Shown: positions 36,834 to 46,523 of the stretch, piece after piece
How the letters are laid out: every line of letters starts with the position of its first letter
Numbering within the stretch: the stretch's first letter is position 1
Assembly (NCBI GenBank): GCA_947479915.1
Contig: CANKAU010000001.1
Coordinates: 89,977 to 153,976, forward strand
Reading direction: 5' to 3'
DNA length: 64,000 nucleotides
Source of the DNA: Chloroflexota bacterium
GTDB taxonomy: Bacteria; Chloroflexota; Dehalococcoidia; UBA2979
The notes under the pieces: generated by a model
What the model saw: only the letters and a program-made list of their open reading frames with translations
What the model was told of the DNA's origin: nothing
Database searches by the model: none
Made by a program: the position numbers and the translations under genes

Positions 36834-38730
36834 CCCCCTCGAGCGATACGCCGAGCTGAAGACCGCCGCGGACGCCACCTACGCCGGCTGGCGGACCCCG
36901 CAGCGCCCGCGCATCGACGTCGCCATCGACACCTCATCGCTCGCCAACGGCGCGCGCGCCACGCGGGACGCGATCGAGGCGAACATCTCCGAGCGCAACG
37001 CCGTCGTGGATCTCGGCCGCGTGCACGGCTACGGGATGCAGTGGCTGCACCCGCTCGTCACGATCACCTTCCCGGACGGCGCGTCCGTGGTGTACGGCCC
37101 CGTGCGCGCCGAGCACGCCGCGCTGATCGTCGATATCGCCACCGGCGCGAAGCCGGCCACCTCGACGCTCGCGATCGGCACCATCGCCGGGGAGCGCGCG
37201 GGGATCCCGAGCCTGCGCGAGCACCCGTTCTTCGCGCTGGAGCCGAAGACCGGTCGCCGCCTGATCCATCGCCTCGGCTTCACCGACCCTGAGAACCTGG
37301 ACCACTACATCGCGACGGGTGGCTACCACGCAGCGGCGCGCATGTTGGATCGTCACCAGTCGCCTGCACAGGTGCGCCAGGAGTTGATCGACTCCGCCCT
37401 CGGCGGGCGCGGCGGCGGCAACTTCCCAGCGGGCACGAAGTGGAACTTCCTCGCGACCGCGCCGGGCGAGGAGCACTACGTCATCTGCAACGCCGATGAG
37501 GGCGACCCGGGCGCGTGGGTGAACCGCGTGATCATGGAGGGCGACCCCCACCTGCTGATCGAGGGCCTGATCATCGCCGCCTACGCGACGGGCTCGAAGG
37601 GCGGGTTCATCTACATCCGCGACGAGTACCCGCTGGCGATCGCGCGCATGGAGCAGGCCGTCCGCCAGGCGCAGGAGGCGGGCCTCCTCGGCGAAGGCGT
37701 CTTCGGCACCGAGATGAACTTCGAACTGCGCGTGATCCGCGGCGCGGGCGCGTACGTCTGCGGCGAGGAGACCGGGCTCATCTCCTCGATCCAGGACAGC
37801 CGTGGCATGCCGCGCGTGAAGCCGCCGTTCCCGGCGGGCGCGGGCGTCTTCATGAAGCCGTCCAACGTGAACAACGTGGAGACCTACGCCAACGCGCCCA
37901 TGGTGATCGAGCACGGCGCGCAGTGGTACCTCGAGTACGGTACGGAGCGCATGCGCGGCACGCGCCTGTTCTCGTTCTCCGGCGACATCCAGCGCGTCGG
38001 GTTCATGGAGATCCCGTTCGGCGTGCCGCTGGGCGGGGTGATCGAGGCCTGCGGCGGGATGCTGCCCGGGCTCCAGCTGAAGGCGATTCAGTCGGGCGGC
38101 CCGCTGGGCTCGATGCTCCCGGCGCGCGAGGTGCCCAACCTGTCGATGGAGAACGCGCCGTTCTCCGCGCTCGACGCGCTGATGGGCGGCGGCGGCATCG
38201 TCTTCCTGTCGGATCGCATCTGCACGATCCACATGGCGGAGATGTTCACGCAGTTCGTCGAGGAGGAGTCCTGCGGCCGCTGCACGACCTGCCACGGCGG
38301 CAACCAGCGCCAGACGGAGATCATCCGCCGCACGATTGCCGGCGAAGGCCGCCACGAGGACCGCCACAACCTCGCGCTGATCGATCGCACGCTGCAGTTC
38401 TCGAACTGCGTGCACGGCCAGTTCAGCCCGAAGATCGTGCGCAACACGCTGCGCTTCTTCTCTGACGAGTACGAGCGCCACAGCGCCGGCCGCACCTGCG
38501 ACGCGCTGGAGTGCGAAGGCCTGATCCGCTTCCGGATCACCAACCAGGGCGATCCACGGCTCGCCGAGGCGCAGGACATCTGTCCGGTCGCCGCGATCAC
38601 CGGCACGCCCGGCCGCCGGACGCTGGACGAGGCCGCCTGCATCCGGTGCGGCGCCTGCACGGACGTCGCCCCGAACGCGATCGTGCGCGAGGCGAAGCCC
38701 GCGACGCCGCGCCTCGTCGCCCTCAGCTAG
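36796..38730 (+). CDS. nuoF: NuoF-like NAD(H)-binding FMN/[4Fe-4S] subunit with N-terminal Trx-like extension and C-terminal ferredoxin-like Cys clusters
   Basis: GGRGGGNFPAGTKW (FMN), the NADH-binding glycine-rich segment and ESCGRCTTCHGG (4Fe-4S). A C-terminal extra domain carries CxxC and CxxCxxC motifs. The start is either 36796 or GTG near 36827. Confidence 0.8.
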   Translation: MMGQRPRRCSVASPLERYAELKTAADATYAGWRTPQRPRIDVAIDTSSLANGARATRDAIEANISERNAVVDLGRVHGYGMQWLHPLVTITFPDGASVVYGPVRAEHAALIVDIATGAKPATSTLAIGTIAGERAGIPSLREHPFFALEPKTGRRLIHRLGFTDPENLDHYIATGGYHAAARMLDRHQSPAQVRQELIDSALGGRGGGNFPAGTKWNFLATAPGEEHYVICNADEGDPGAWVNRVIMEGDPHLLIEGLIIAAYATGSKGGFIYIRDEYPLAIARMEQAVRQAQEAGLLGEGVFGTEMNFELRVIRGAGAYVCGEETGLISSIQDSRGMPRVKPPFPAGAGVFMKPSNVNNVETYANAPMVIEHGAQWYLEYGTERMRGTRLFSFSGDIQRVGFMEIPFGVPLGGVIEACGGMLPGLQLKAIQSGGPLGSMLPAREVPNLSMENAPFSALDALMGGGGIVFLSDRICTIHMAEMFTQFVEEESCGRCTTCHGGNQRQTEIIRRTIAGEGRHEDRHNLALIDRTLQFSNCVHGQFSPKIVRNTLRFFSDEYERHSAGRTCDALECEGLIRFRITNQGDPRLAEAQDICPVAAITGTPGRRTLDEAACIRCGACTDVAPNAIVREAKPATPRLVALS

Positions 38731-38800
38731 CGAGCAGACGCGACAGGATGCAGTTCCGGCGTCTCAGCCGGAACGGGTACGGCGATCCGGTCCAGGTGCC

Positions 38801-39382
38801 CTAGAAGTCGGAGATGTCCCGGCGCACGGGATACACGTAGCCGACGAACGGGTGCCACAGACGCTGGCGCACCTCGTCCCACGGCAGGAACGCGTGGCCG
38901 ACCCGGCCCCACGCTGACGTGCGGAAGCGCGTTGACCAGGAGCACATCTGCTGGCTCCAGTTCATCTCGCTGACGTGGATGCCCTCGGCGGTCACATCCT
39001 CGATGTACGCGACGTGGCCCGCGCCGCCACTCCACACCACGACCGCACCGACGCGCGCGGCATAGAGGTCGCGGCCGACGACCCAGCCGGCGGCCTCCGC
39101 GTTGTCGTACCAGTACGCCGCGTTGTCGCGCCAGTTCACGCCTGGGTCTGGTGCCACCGTGTCAAAGCGTCGGGCGGCGTGCGTGGTGCACTGCCCCCCG
39201 CTGCCGGGACGGGTGCTCGCGAAGCCCTTGTGCGGGTCGAGGTCGCGGCCCTCCATCGAGCACTCATCAGCGGCCTCGGTCTCGCCCCGGAGGACGAGCG
39301 CGAGCGGCGCGGCCGCGGCCACGAGGGCCAGCGAGCCGAGGAAGCGACGGCGGGGCAGGGGATCGGTCCGGCGATCGGTCAT
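38801..39382 (-). CDS. secreted CHAP domain protein (putative peptidoglycan amidase/peptidase)
   Basis: Tat-like signal RRRFLGSLALVAAAAP. CHAP-like Cys...His (GQCTTHAAR ... GHVAYIEDV). The start is set at MTDRRTD. Confidence 0.6.
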   Translation of the reverse strand: MTDRRTDPLPRRRFLGSLALVAAAAPLALVLRGETEAADECSMEGRDLDPHKGFASTRPGSGGQCTTHAARRFDTVAPDPGVNWRDNAAYWYDNAEAAGWVVGRDLYAARVGAVVVWSGGAGHVAYIEDVTAEGIHVSEMNWSQQMCSWSTRFRTSAWGRVGHAFLPWDEVRQRLWHPFVGYVYPVRRDISDF

Positions 39383-39555
39383 GCGTCCTCCACGCGCCGC
39401 AGGGTATCGCACCATCAGGCGAGGCGTCTCCCCTCGTCGTGCCCGGGACCTGAGAGGTCCCGGCGCGGCTTCCTGCCTTGAGCGGGGTCCCGGGGGGCGC
39501 GTAGACTCAGGCATCGGCGATCCATCCCGCGTCTCCCCGCGGAAGTCGGCAGCAC

Positions 39556-42192
39556 CTGGCCACGCCCGCCCGGCAGCAGTACCTCGACCTGAAGGCCCAG
39601 CATCCCGACGCGCTCATGCTCGTCCGGATGGGCGACTTCTACGAGACGTTCGACGAGGACGCCGAGGTCGCTGCGCGTGTCCTCGGAATCGTGCTGACCT
39701 CGCGCCCGATGGGCGGGGACGAGGGGCGCATCCCGCTCGCGGGCATCCCGTACCACCAGCTCGATCGCTACCTCGACCAGCTCGTCGCCGCGGGCTACCG
39801 CGTCGCGATCGCCGACCAGACCAGCCTGCCGCCGTCGAGGGGTGGCGCGGCGGGCCTCGTGGAGCGCCGGATCACACGTGTCGTCACGCCGGGCACGGTG
39901 GACCGCGGCGAGCTGCTGACGGAACGCGGCAACAATTGGCTTGCGGCTGTCGTGCGCGCGCCGTCCGGGGCAATCCCCGAGACCGGCGGCGAACGCTGGG
40001 GCCTCGCGGCCTGCGACGTCACCACGGGCGAGATCGAGCTGCAGATCGTTCCGGCCGACGCACTGCCCGGTGAGTGGGCGCGTCTCCAGCCGCGCGAGGT
40101 GCTCACGGCGGAGGGTGTGCCGCCGCCCGCGCTCCCCGAGGGCACGCTCCGCACCGAGCGACCCGCGCGCGACTTCCGCCCCGAACGCGCGCGCGAGGTG
40201 CTCGCGGAGCGGCTGGGCGTCGCGAGCCTCGACGGCTACGGCCTCGAGGGGTTCGAGGCGGCCGTGGGCGCCGCGGGCGCGATCGTCGGCTACCTCGCCA
40301 GCACGTGGCCTGCCGCGCTCGGCCACCTGCGCGCGCCCCGTGCGGTGCGCGGCGCGGAGGTCGTATACCTCGACCCGCAGACGCGCCGCAGCCTGGAGAT
40401 CTTCGCGGGCGGACGCACGGCGGGCGCGGGCGGCGAAGGATCGCTGATCGAGACGCTGGACCGCACGCAGACGGCGATGGGCGCGCGGCTGCTCCGGCAC
40501 CGCCTCGGGCAGCCGCTGCGGCAGGCGGCGGCAGCAGACGCGCGACTGGACGAGGTGCAGGCGTTCGCAGACGCCCCGCGGCCACGTGAGGCGCTCCGGA
40601 ACGCGCTGCGCGGACTCCCTGACCTCGAGCGACTCCTGGGACGGGTGCGGGCCGGCACGGCGGGTGCGCGCCACCTGGTGCAGCTGCGCGGCGGGATCGA
40701 GGCGCTGCCGGTGCTGCGCGCGCGTGCGGCGGAGGCCGGCGAGGTCGCCGAGCGCATCGCGACGGGGCTGGCGGGCGCCGAGGAGGCTGCGGCGGCGATC
40801 GCGGCGGCGCTGACCGACGACCCGCCCGCCGAGGTCGGCGGTGACGGTGAGACGGTGCGCGGCGGCTTCGACGCCGAGGTCGACCGGCTGCGCGCGCTCG
40901 CGACCGGCGCACGCAGCGCCCTTGCCGACCTCGAGTCACGCGAGCGCGAACGGACCGGGATCGCCTCGCTGAAGGTGGGGTACCACCGCGTCTTTGGCTA
41001 CTACCTGGAGTGCACGCGGGCACAGGCGGATCGGGCGCCCGCTGACTACGAGCCGCGCCAGACGCTCGCCAACCAGCAGCGCTTCCGCTTCGCACCGCTT
41101 GCTGAGCTGGAGACCGAGATCCTCGGCGCGAAGGACGCGCTGCTCGACGCGGAGCGAGGGATCGTGGACCGCGTCCGCGCGCAGACGGCCGCCGCGGGCG
41201 TGGCGATCGAGCGGGCCGCCGAGGCGGTCGCGCGGCTCGACGTCGCCGCGGCGCTGGCCTCGGTTGCCGCGGATCACGGCTACGTGCGGCCCGAGCTGGC
41301 GGAGTCGGGGGCGCTGGAGATCGAGGACGGCCGTCACCCGGTGGTGGAGCGCCGGCTGCCGTCCGGGGAGTTCGTCCCGAACGACGTCCACCTGGGCGGG
41401 GGGCACGCCGACGTCATCGTGCTGACGGGCCCGAACATGGCCGGCAAGTCGACGTACCTGCGCCAGACCGCACTGATCGTGCTGCTCGCGCAATGCGGCT
41501 CGTTCGTCCCGGCGAAACGCGCGCGCATCGCCGTCGCTGACCGGATCTTTTCCCGGGTGGGCGCGCAGGATGACATCGCGGCGGGGCAGTCGACGTTCAT
41601 GGTCGAGATGCTCGAGACGGCGACGATCCTACATAACGCTACAGCGCGGTCGCTCGTGATCCTCGACGAGGTCGGGCGGGGCACTTCGACCTACGACGGA
41701 CTCGCGATCGCGCGGGCGATCGTCGAGCACCTCCACCACCGGCCGGGGGGCGCACCTCGGACGCTGTTCGCCACGCACTACCACGAGCTCACCGCGCTCG
41801 CCGGGACGCTGCCGCGCGTCGCCAACCGCAGCGTCGCCGTGCGCGAGGAGGGGCACGAGGTGGTCTTCCTCCACCGCATCGTCGACGGCGGTGCGGATCG
41901 CTCGTACGGCGTGCACGTCGCCGCGCTCGCGGGGCTGCCCGCCGCCGTCGTGGCGCGCGCCCGCGAGCTCCTCGTCGAGCTCGAGGGACAGCCGACGACC
42001 TCGATCGCAGGGGCGATCGCCGCGACGACACGCGACGTGGGGGCGCAGCTGCCGCTGCTCGGCGCTCCCGAGGAGGCCCTACTGCGCGAGCTCGCGGAGA
42101 TCGATCCGGACGGGCTGACACCGCTCGCCGCGCTCCAGCGGCTGTACGAGCTGCGCAGTGCCGCGCGCCGCCGCCTCGCGATCGAGGGCTAG
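39556..42192 (+). CDS. mutS: DNA mismatch repair protein MutS
   Basis: MGDFYE, Walker A GPNMAGKSTY and the DE box ILDEVGRGTST. N-terminal homology (TPARQQYLDLKAQHPDAL) extends upstream of the first ATG (39616) with no canonical start before the in-frame stop at 39502-39504. CTG at 39556 is a candidate start. Confidence 0.85.
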   Translation: MATPARQQYLDLKAQHPDALMLVRMGDFYETFDEDAEVAARVLGIVLTSRPMGGDEGRIPLAGIPYHQLDRYLDQLVAAGYRVAIADQTSLPPSRGGAAGLVERRITRVVTPGTVDRGELLTERGNNWLAAVVRAPSGAIPETGGERWGLAACDVTTGEIELQIVPADALPGEWARLQPREVLTAEGVPPPALPEGTLRTERPARDFRPERAREVLAERLGVASLDGYGLEGFEAAVGAAGAIVGYLASTWPAALGHLRAPRAVRGAEVVYLDPQTRRSLEIFAGGRTAGAGGEGSLIETLDRTQTAMGARLLRHRLGQPLRQAAAADARLDEVQAFADAPRPREALRNALRGLPDLERLLGRVRAGTAGARHLVQLRGGIEALPVLRARAAEAGEVAERIATGLAGAEEAAAAIAAALTDDPPAEVGGDGETVRGGFDAEVDRLRALATGARSALADLESRERERTGIASLKVGYHRVFGYYLECTRAQADRAPADYEPRQTLANQQRFRFAPLAELETEILGAKDALLDAERGIVDRVRAQTAAAGVAIERAAEAVARLDVAAALASVAADHGYVRPELAESGALEIEDGRHPVVERRLPSGEFVPNDVHLGGGHADVIVLTGPNMAGKSTYLRQTALIVLLAQCGSFVPAKRARIAVADRIFSRVGAQDDIAAGQSTFMVEMLETATILHNATARSLVILDEVGRGTSTYDGLAIARAIVEHLHHRPGGAPRTLFATHYHELTALAGTLPRVANRSVAVREEGHEVVFLHRIVDGGADRSYGVHVAALAGLPAAVVARARELLVELEGQPTTSIAGAIAATTRDVGAQLPLLGAPEEALLRELAEIDPDGLTPLAALQRLYELRSAARRRLAIEG

Positions 42193-42220
42193 CGTGTCGC
42201 CGCGCATGACCTCGACGGGG

Positions 42221-43663
42221 CTAGTCGACGGGCGCGCTCTTTGCGTCGCCCGCGCTCGCGCGGCTGACGCCGGGCGCGGGCTCGCGGTAGACGGGCCGCT
42301 CTGCGGCTGCGCCGACGTCAATGATGCCGGGGTCGTTGGGACCGCTGCCGGGCTGGCGCGTGTCGAAGATCAGCGCGCGGATCATCGCGGCCGACAGGTC
42401 GGGGTGAAGCGACTGGAGCAACGCGACCGCGCCGGCGACGATCGGCGTGGCGAACGAGGAGCCGCTGGCGGACGCGTAGGGGCCATCGAGGCAGACCCAG
42501 CCACGATTGCCGCAGGCGGCCTGCGGGATGGTGCTGAGCACGTTCACGCCCGGGGCCATGACGTCCACGCCACCGAAGTTCGTGAATGTCGCGAGCGCTC
42601 GGTAGTCGATGCCCTGCGCGGTGAGGCGGCCACTCGCAGCGACCGAGATCACACCGGGGTACGCGGCCGGGTACGTAATGGCGCGCTGCGACTCGTTCCC
42701 CGCGGAGGCCACGATGATCGAGCCGCGCGCCTGGGCCTCCTCGACCGCCTCGCGCAGCACGAGCGAGTCCGTGGTGGCGCCGAAGGACACGTTGATGACC
42801 TGCGCGCCCATCCGCGCGGCGTAGCGGATGCCCGCGGCGGCGTCGGCGATGCGTCCCGTCGCGGTGCAGTCGAGCACCTTCACCGGGAGGATGCGCGCGT
42901 TCCACGCGACGCCGGTCACGCCGATCGCGTTGTTCCCCGCGGCGGCAGCGAGGCCGGCGACGAAGGTGCCGTGGCCCTCGTCGTCGTTCGTCAGCCAGTT
43001 GGGCGGCGCGAGCGTGTACCCGCACGAGGGATCGGCGGTGGTCAGGCTCACGAAGTTGCAGCCGACGATGTCGCCGACGCAGCCGTTGCCATCGGCGTCC
43101 ACGCTGCTCAGCGGCGTCTCGCGCGTGTTGTAGAAGATGCGGCCTTCCAGGTCCGGATGGTCCCACGCGATGCCGCTGTCGATCACCGCGATCAGCACCT
43201 CGCCGCCGGTGGCGCGCTCCCAGGCGCGTGGCGCGCCGATCAGTTCGAGGTAGCGCGCCTGCCCGCTCGCATACAGCGCGTCATCCGGTGTGCGCATCGC
43301 ACGGACAATGCCATCGCCTTCGATGCTGCGCACCGCGACGGAGCCTGCGATCTTCCGCGCGAGGTCATCGACGCGCACGCCGACGGGCACGCGCACCACG
43401 GCGAAGGCGTCGTCGCCGGTCTGTGGGACGACGTCGAAGTGGTGCGCGGCGAGCGCCCCGCGCAGCGCATCGCCATCCATGCCGGGGACAGGCGCGACGA
43501 GGACGCGGTCGGCCTGCGAGGCGATCGAGGTCGCCGCGAGTGGGGCGGCGTGAGGCGGCGGCCGGACGGCCCATGCGAGCGCGAGCGCACAGAGTGCGAG
43601 CGTTGCGGCGGCCCGGGTCCAGATGTGTGCCAGAGAGACATCCCCGTTTCGCCCCGCAGCCAA
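42221..43663 (-). CDS. S8 family subtilisin-like serine peptidase, secreted
   Basis: Catalytic triad motifs VIDSGI (Asp), HGTFVAG (His) and GSSFATP (Ser). N-terminal signal peptide. Confidence 0.85.
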   Translation of the reverse strand: MAAGRNGDVSLAHIWTRAAATLALCALALAWAVRPPPHAAPLAATSIASQADRVLVAPVPGMDGDALRGALAAHHFDVVPQTGDDAFAVVRVPVGVRVDDLARKIAGSVAVRSIEGDGIVRAMRTPDDALYASGQARYLELIGAPRAWERATGGEVLIAVIDSGIAWDHPDLEGRIFYNTRETPLSSVDADGNGCVGDIVGCNFVSLTTADPSCGYTLAPPNWLTNDDEGHGTFVAGLAAAAGNNAIGVTGVAWNARILPVKVLDCTATGRIADAAAGIRYAARMGAQVINVSFGATTDSLVLREAVEEAQARGSIIVASAGNESQRAITYPAAYPGVISVAASGRLTAQGIDYRALATFTNFGGVDVMAPGVNVLSTIPQAACGNRGWVCLDGPYASASGSSFATPIVAGAVALLQSLHPDLSAAMIRALIFDTRQPGSGPNDPGIIDVGAAAERPVYREPAPGVSRASAGDAKSAPVD

Positions 43664-43713
43664 ATCATGCTAGCCAGCGCCGGATCGCGGGGCAACCGCG
43701 GCGACAGTGCGAC

Positions 43714-45522
43714 ATGACCAATTCTGACCGACCACGCATCACCGTGCTGTCACCGGAGGTTGCCGCGCGGATCGCCGCCGGAGAGGTGATCGAGCGTCCC
43801 GCGAGCGTGGTGAAGGAGCTCGTCGAGAACGCCCTCGACGCGGGGGCCTCGCACATCGAGGTCGAAGTCGACGGCGGCGGGATCGACCGCATCCGCGTGC
43901 GGGACGACGGGCACGGCATCCCGCCCGAGCAGGTCGCTGACGCGTTCGAGCGCCACGCGACCTCGAAGCTGCGCAGCGAGCACGACCTGTTCGCCGTGCG
44001 CACGCTCGGCTTCCGCGGCGAGGCGCTCGCCTCGATCGCGGCCGCCGCGGACGTCGACCTCACGTCGCGCACGGACGGACAGCAAGCGGCCGCGGTGGCA
44101 CGGCTGCGCGACGGCCGCCTCGATCGGCTCGGGAGCGCCGCGGCCGCCCCCGGGACCACCGTGGAGGCGCGTGACCTGTTCGCGGCGCTGCCGGCACGGC
44201 GCCGTTTCCTCCGCACGCCGCGCGCCGAGGCGCGCGCCGTCACGGATTCGATCGCCGCGCTCGCGCTGGCGTACCCGGAAGTGGCATTCCGCGTGGTGAC
44301 GGACGGGCGCGTCGCGCTCGCCTCGCCCGGTACCGGCGACCCGGGTGACGCGATCGCGGCTGTGCACGGCGCGGACGTCGCGGCGGCGCTCGTGCCGGTG
44401 TCGGCCACTCGGCGCGACGAGGAGACCGGCGCGGCGGCCGAGGTCGCCGGTCTCGCAGGCCCGCCCTCGCTGCACCGCGGCAGCCGCGCGTACCTCCACC
44501 TCGTCGCGAACGGCCGCACGATCTCCTCGCGCACGATCGCCTACGCGATCGAGCAGGCCTACGCGGGGCTGATCCCGGCGGGCCGGCACCCGGTCGCACT
44601 GGTGCGGATCACGGTGCCGCCCGACCAGATCGACGTCAACGTGCACCCAACGAAGGCGGAGGTGCGCTTCCGCCACGAGCGCCTCGTATACGCGACGGTG
44701 GCCGACGCCGTACGGCAGGCGCTGGCTGGATCCGGTGTCCCCCTCGCGCCCACGCCGCTCGCGCTCCCCGGTTCACTCGACGGCTGGCGCGGCGCGGACG
44801 AGGCACCTCGTGCACTCGATGGGCGAGGCGTGATCGCAGGGGCACGACCGGCGCCGATGATCGTCGTGCCGTCGGAGGCCGCTCACGAACCCTCTTCGAC
44901 CGTCGGCTCGGAGGCCACCTCGGGCGAGCAGCCGGAGATGTCGATCGGCGCGCGCCTGCCGATGCTGCGCACCCTCGGGCAGGTCGACCGCGCATACCTC
45001 GTCGCCGAGGCGCCCGACGGGCTGTACCTCGTCGATCAGCACGCCGCGCACGAGCGCGTCCTGTACGAGCAGGTGCTCGCTGCGAAGCGGTCCGGGACAC
45101 CCGCGTCCCAGCCGCTTCTGGAGGCGGTCGTGACGCCGCTCTCGGCGGCACAGGCCTCGCTCGCGCTCGCGGAGTCGGCGGTGCTCGTCGACCTCGGCTG
45201 GGGCATCGACCCGACGGACGGCGCGGCGGTGATCCTGCGCGCGGTCCCCGCCGCACTCGCCGGCCGCGACGCCCCCGCCGCGCTGCGCGACCACCTCGAC
45301 CGCATGGACGCCGAAGAGCGCCTCACCGGCCCCGACCGCGCAGCCGCGTCGCTCGCCTGCCGGGCCGCGGTGATGGCAGGCGACCGCCTCGACGAAGAGC
45401 AACAGCGCGCGCTCCTCCGGGCGCTCGAAGGCTGCGAGACGCCGCACACGTGCCCTCACGGCCGCCCGACGATGCTGCACCTGAGCCGGGACGCCCTCGA
45501 TCGGTCGTTCGGGCGGCGCTAG
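43714..45522 (+). CDS. mutL: DNA mismatch repair protein MutL
   Basis: GHKL ATPase N-terminus (ELVENALDAGA, DDGHGI), LGFRGEAL, and a C-terminal dimerisation domain. Confidence 0.88.
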   Translation: MTNSDRPRITVLSPEVAARIAAGEVIERPASVVKELVENALDAGASHIEVEVDGGGIDRIRVRDDGHGIPPEQVADAFERHATSKLRSEHDLFAVRTLGFRGEALASIAAAADVDLTSRTDGQQAAAVARLRDGRLDRLGSAAAAPGTTVEARDLFAALPARRRFLRTPRAEARAVTDSIAALALAYPEVAFRVVTDGRVALASPGTGDPGDAIAAVHGADVAAALVPVSATRRDEETGAAAEVAGLAGPPSLHRGSRAYLHLVANGRTISSRTIAYAIEQAYAGLIPAGRHPVALVRITVPPDQIDVNVHPTKAEVRFRHERLVYATVADAVRQALAGSGVPLAPTPLALPGSLDGWRGADEAPRALDGRGVIAGARPAPMIVVPSEAAHEPSSTVGSEATSGEQPEMSIGARLPMLRTLGQVDRAYLVAEAPDGLYLVDQHAAHERVLYEQVLAAKRSGTPASQPLLEAVVTPLSAAQASLALAESAVLVDLGWGIDPTDGAAVILRAVPAALAGRDAPAALRDHLDRMDAEERLTGPDRAAASLACRAAVMAGDRLDEEQQRALLRALEGCETPHTCPHGRPTMLHLSRDALDRSFGRR

Positions 45523-46523
45523 CCGCCGAAGACGAGGCGCGCGGCCTCCTCGTAGCCCTCAGGGGCGCCCGCCGGACGCTGGTGGAGGCGCGCCGCGAGG
45601 GCGACCTCCGCGAACCAGAGATCTTCGTCTGTCGCCGGCTCCAGCTCGGCCGAGGCGATGCGCACGGCCCGGAGCGTCGTCGCCTCCTCGACCGGGAGGA
45701 TCAGCGCCCGGGCGCCGGCCCCCGTGGCCGCAGCGGCGTAGACCGCGCGCAGCGCCGCAGCGAGCGGCCGCGCCGCGCCGTAGCCGACGTTCCCGACCGC
45801 CACCAGTGCCTCCGCGTCCTCGACGGTGCGCCACGCCCGCAGCACGGCGAGCGAGCGAGCACAGCGGACCGCATCGGACAGCGGCGGGAACGCGAGCGCG
45901 TCGAGGTACCACGGACCGCCGACACCGGCGTCGCGCGCCCCCTGCAGCGCCCGCAGCCCGGCCGCGGCGATGACCGCGGCGCTGGCGGCGTCGCCTGCGC
46001 CGCGGTGGTCCGCACCGTGCGGCGACAGCACGACGCCCGCACCCGCGAGGATCGCCGCATCGACCGCCGTCCGCGTGTCCGCGTCGAAGCGGCCGGCCGC
46101 ATCAGCGACAAACGAGTTCGCGACGAGGGGGCCGATGATCCCGGTACGACGACAGGCCTCGAGCGTCTGCGCGATCAGCAGGGGCGAGGCGGTGTCCATG
46201 AACAGCGGCACGCCGGGGAGCGCGTCCCAGATCACGCGCGCGCACCAGGCGAGGTCGTCGGCGTCCGCGTGCACGCCGCCATTGAGGTCGATCACGCCCG
46301 CGCCGGCCTCGACCTGCCGTCGTACCGCATCCACGACCGGGCCCGGCTCGCGACGTCGCATCGGGCGGAGGACGCGCGCGCGGCTCAACTCCAGCGACTG
46401 GCCGATGAGGATCACAGGATGTCGGGCAGGCCTTCCCGACGGGACCGCCACTGGCGGATCCGTGAGACGGCCCGCGCCGCGCGTGCCACGCTGGGGTACA
46501 CCGCGACGCCGCGCTCGTAGCAC
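45519..46523 (-). CDS. pterin-binding domain protein (dihydropteroate synthase-like / methyltetrahydrofolate methyltransferase-like)
   Basis: Weak DHPS-like pterin-binding (TIM-barrel) signature. It overlaps the upstream gene by about 110 nt if the full ORF is used; the true start may be internal (about 46361). Confidence 0.5.
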   Translation of the reverse strand: MLRARRRGVPQRGTRGAGRLTDPPVAVPSGRPARHPVILIGQSLELSRARVLRPMRRREPGPVVDAVRRQVEAGAGVIDLNGGVHADADDLAWCARVIWDALPGVPLFMDTASPLLIAQTLEACRRTGIIGPLVANSFVADAAGRFDADTRTAVDAAILAGAGVVLSPHGADHRGAGDAASAAVIAAAGLRALQGARDAGVGGPWYLDALAFPPLSDAVRCARSLAVLRAWRTVEDAEALVAVGNVGYGAARPLAAALRAVYAAAATGAGARALILPVEEATTLRAVRIASAELEPATDEDLWFAEVALAARLHQRPAGAPEGYEEAARLVFGG

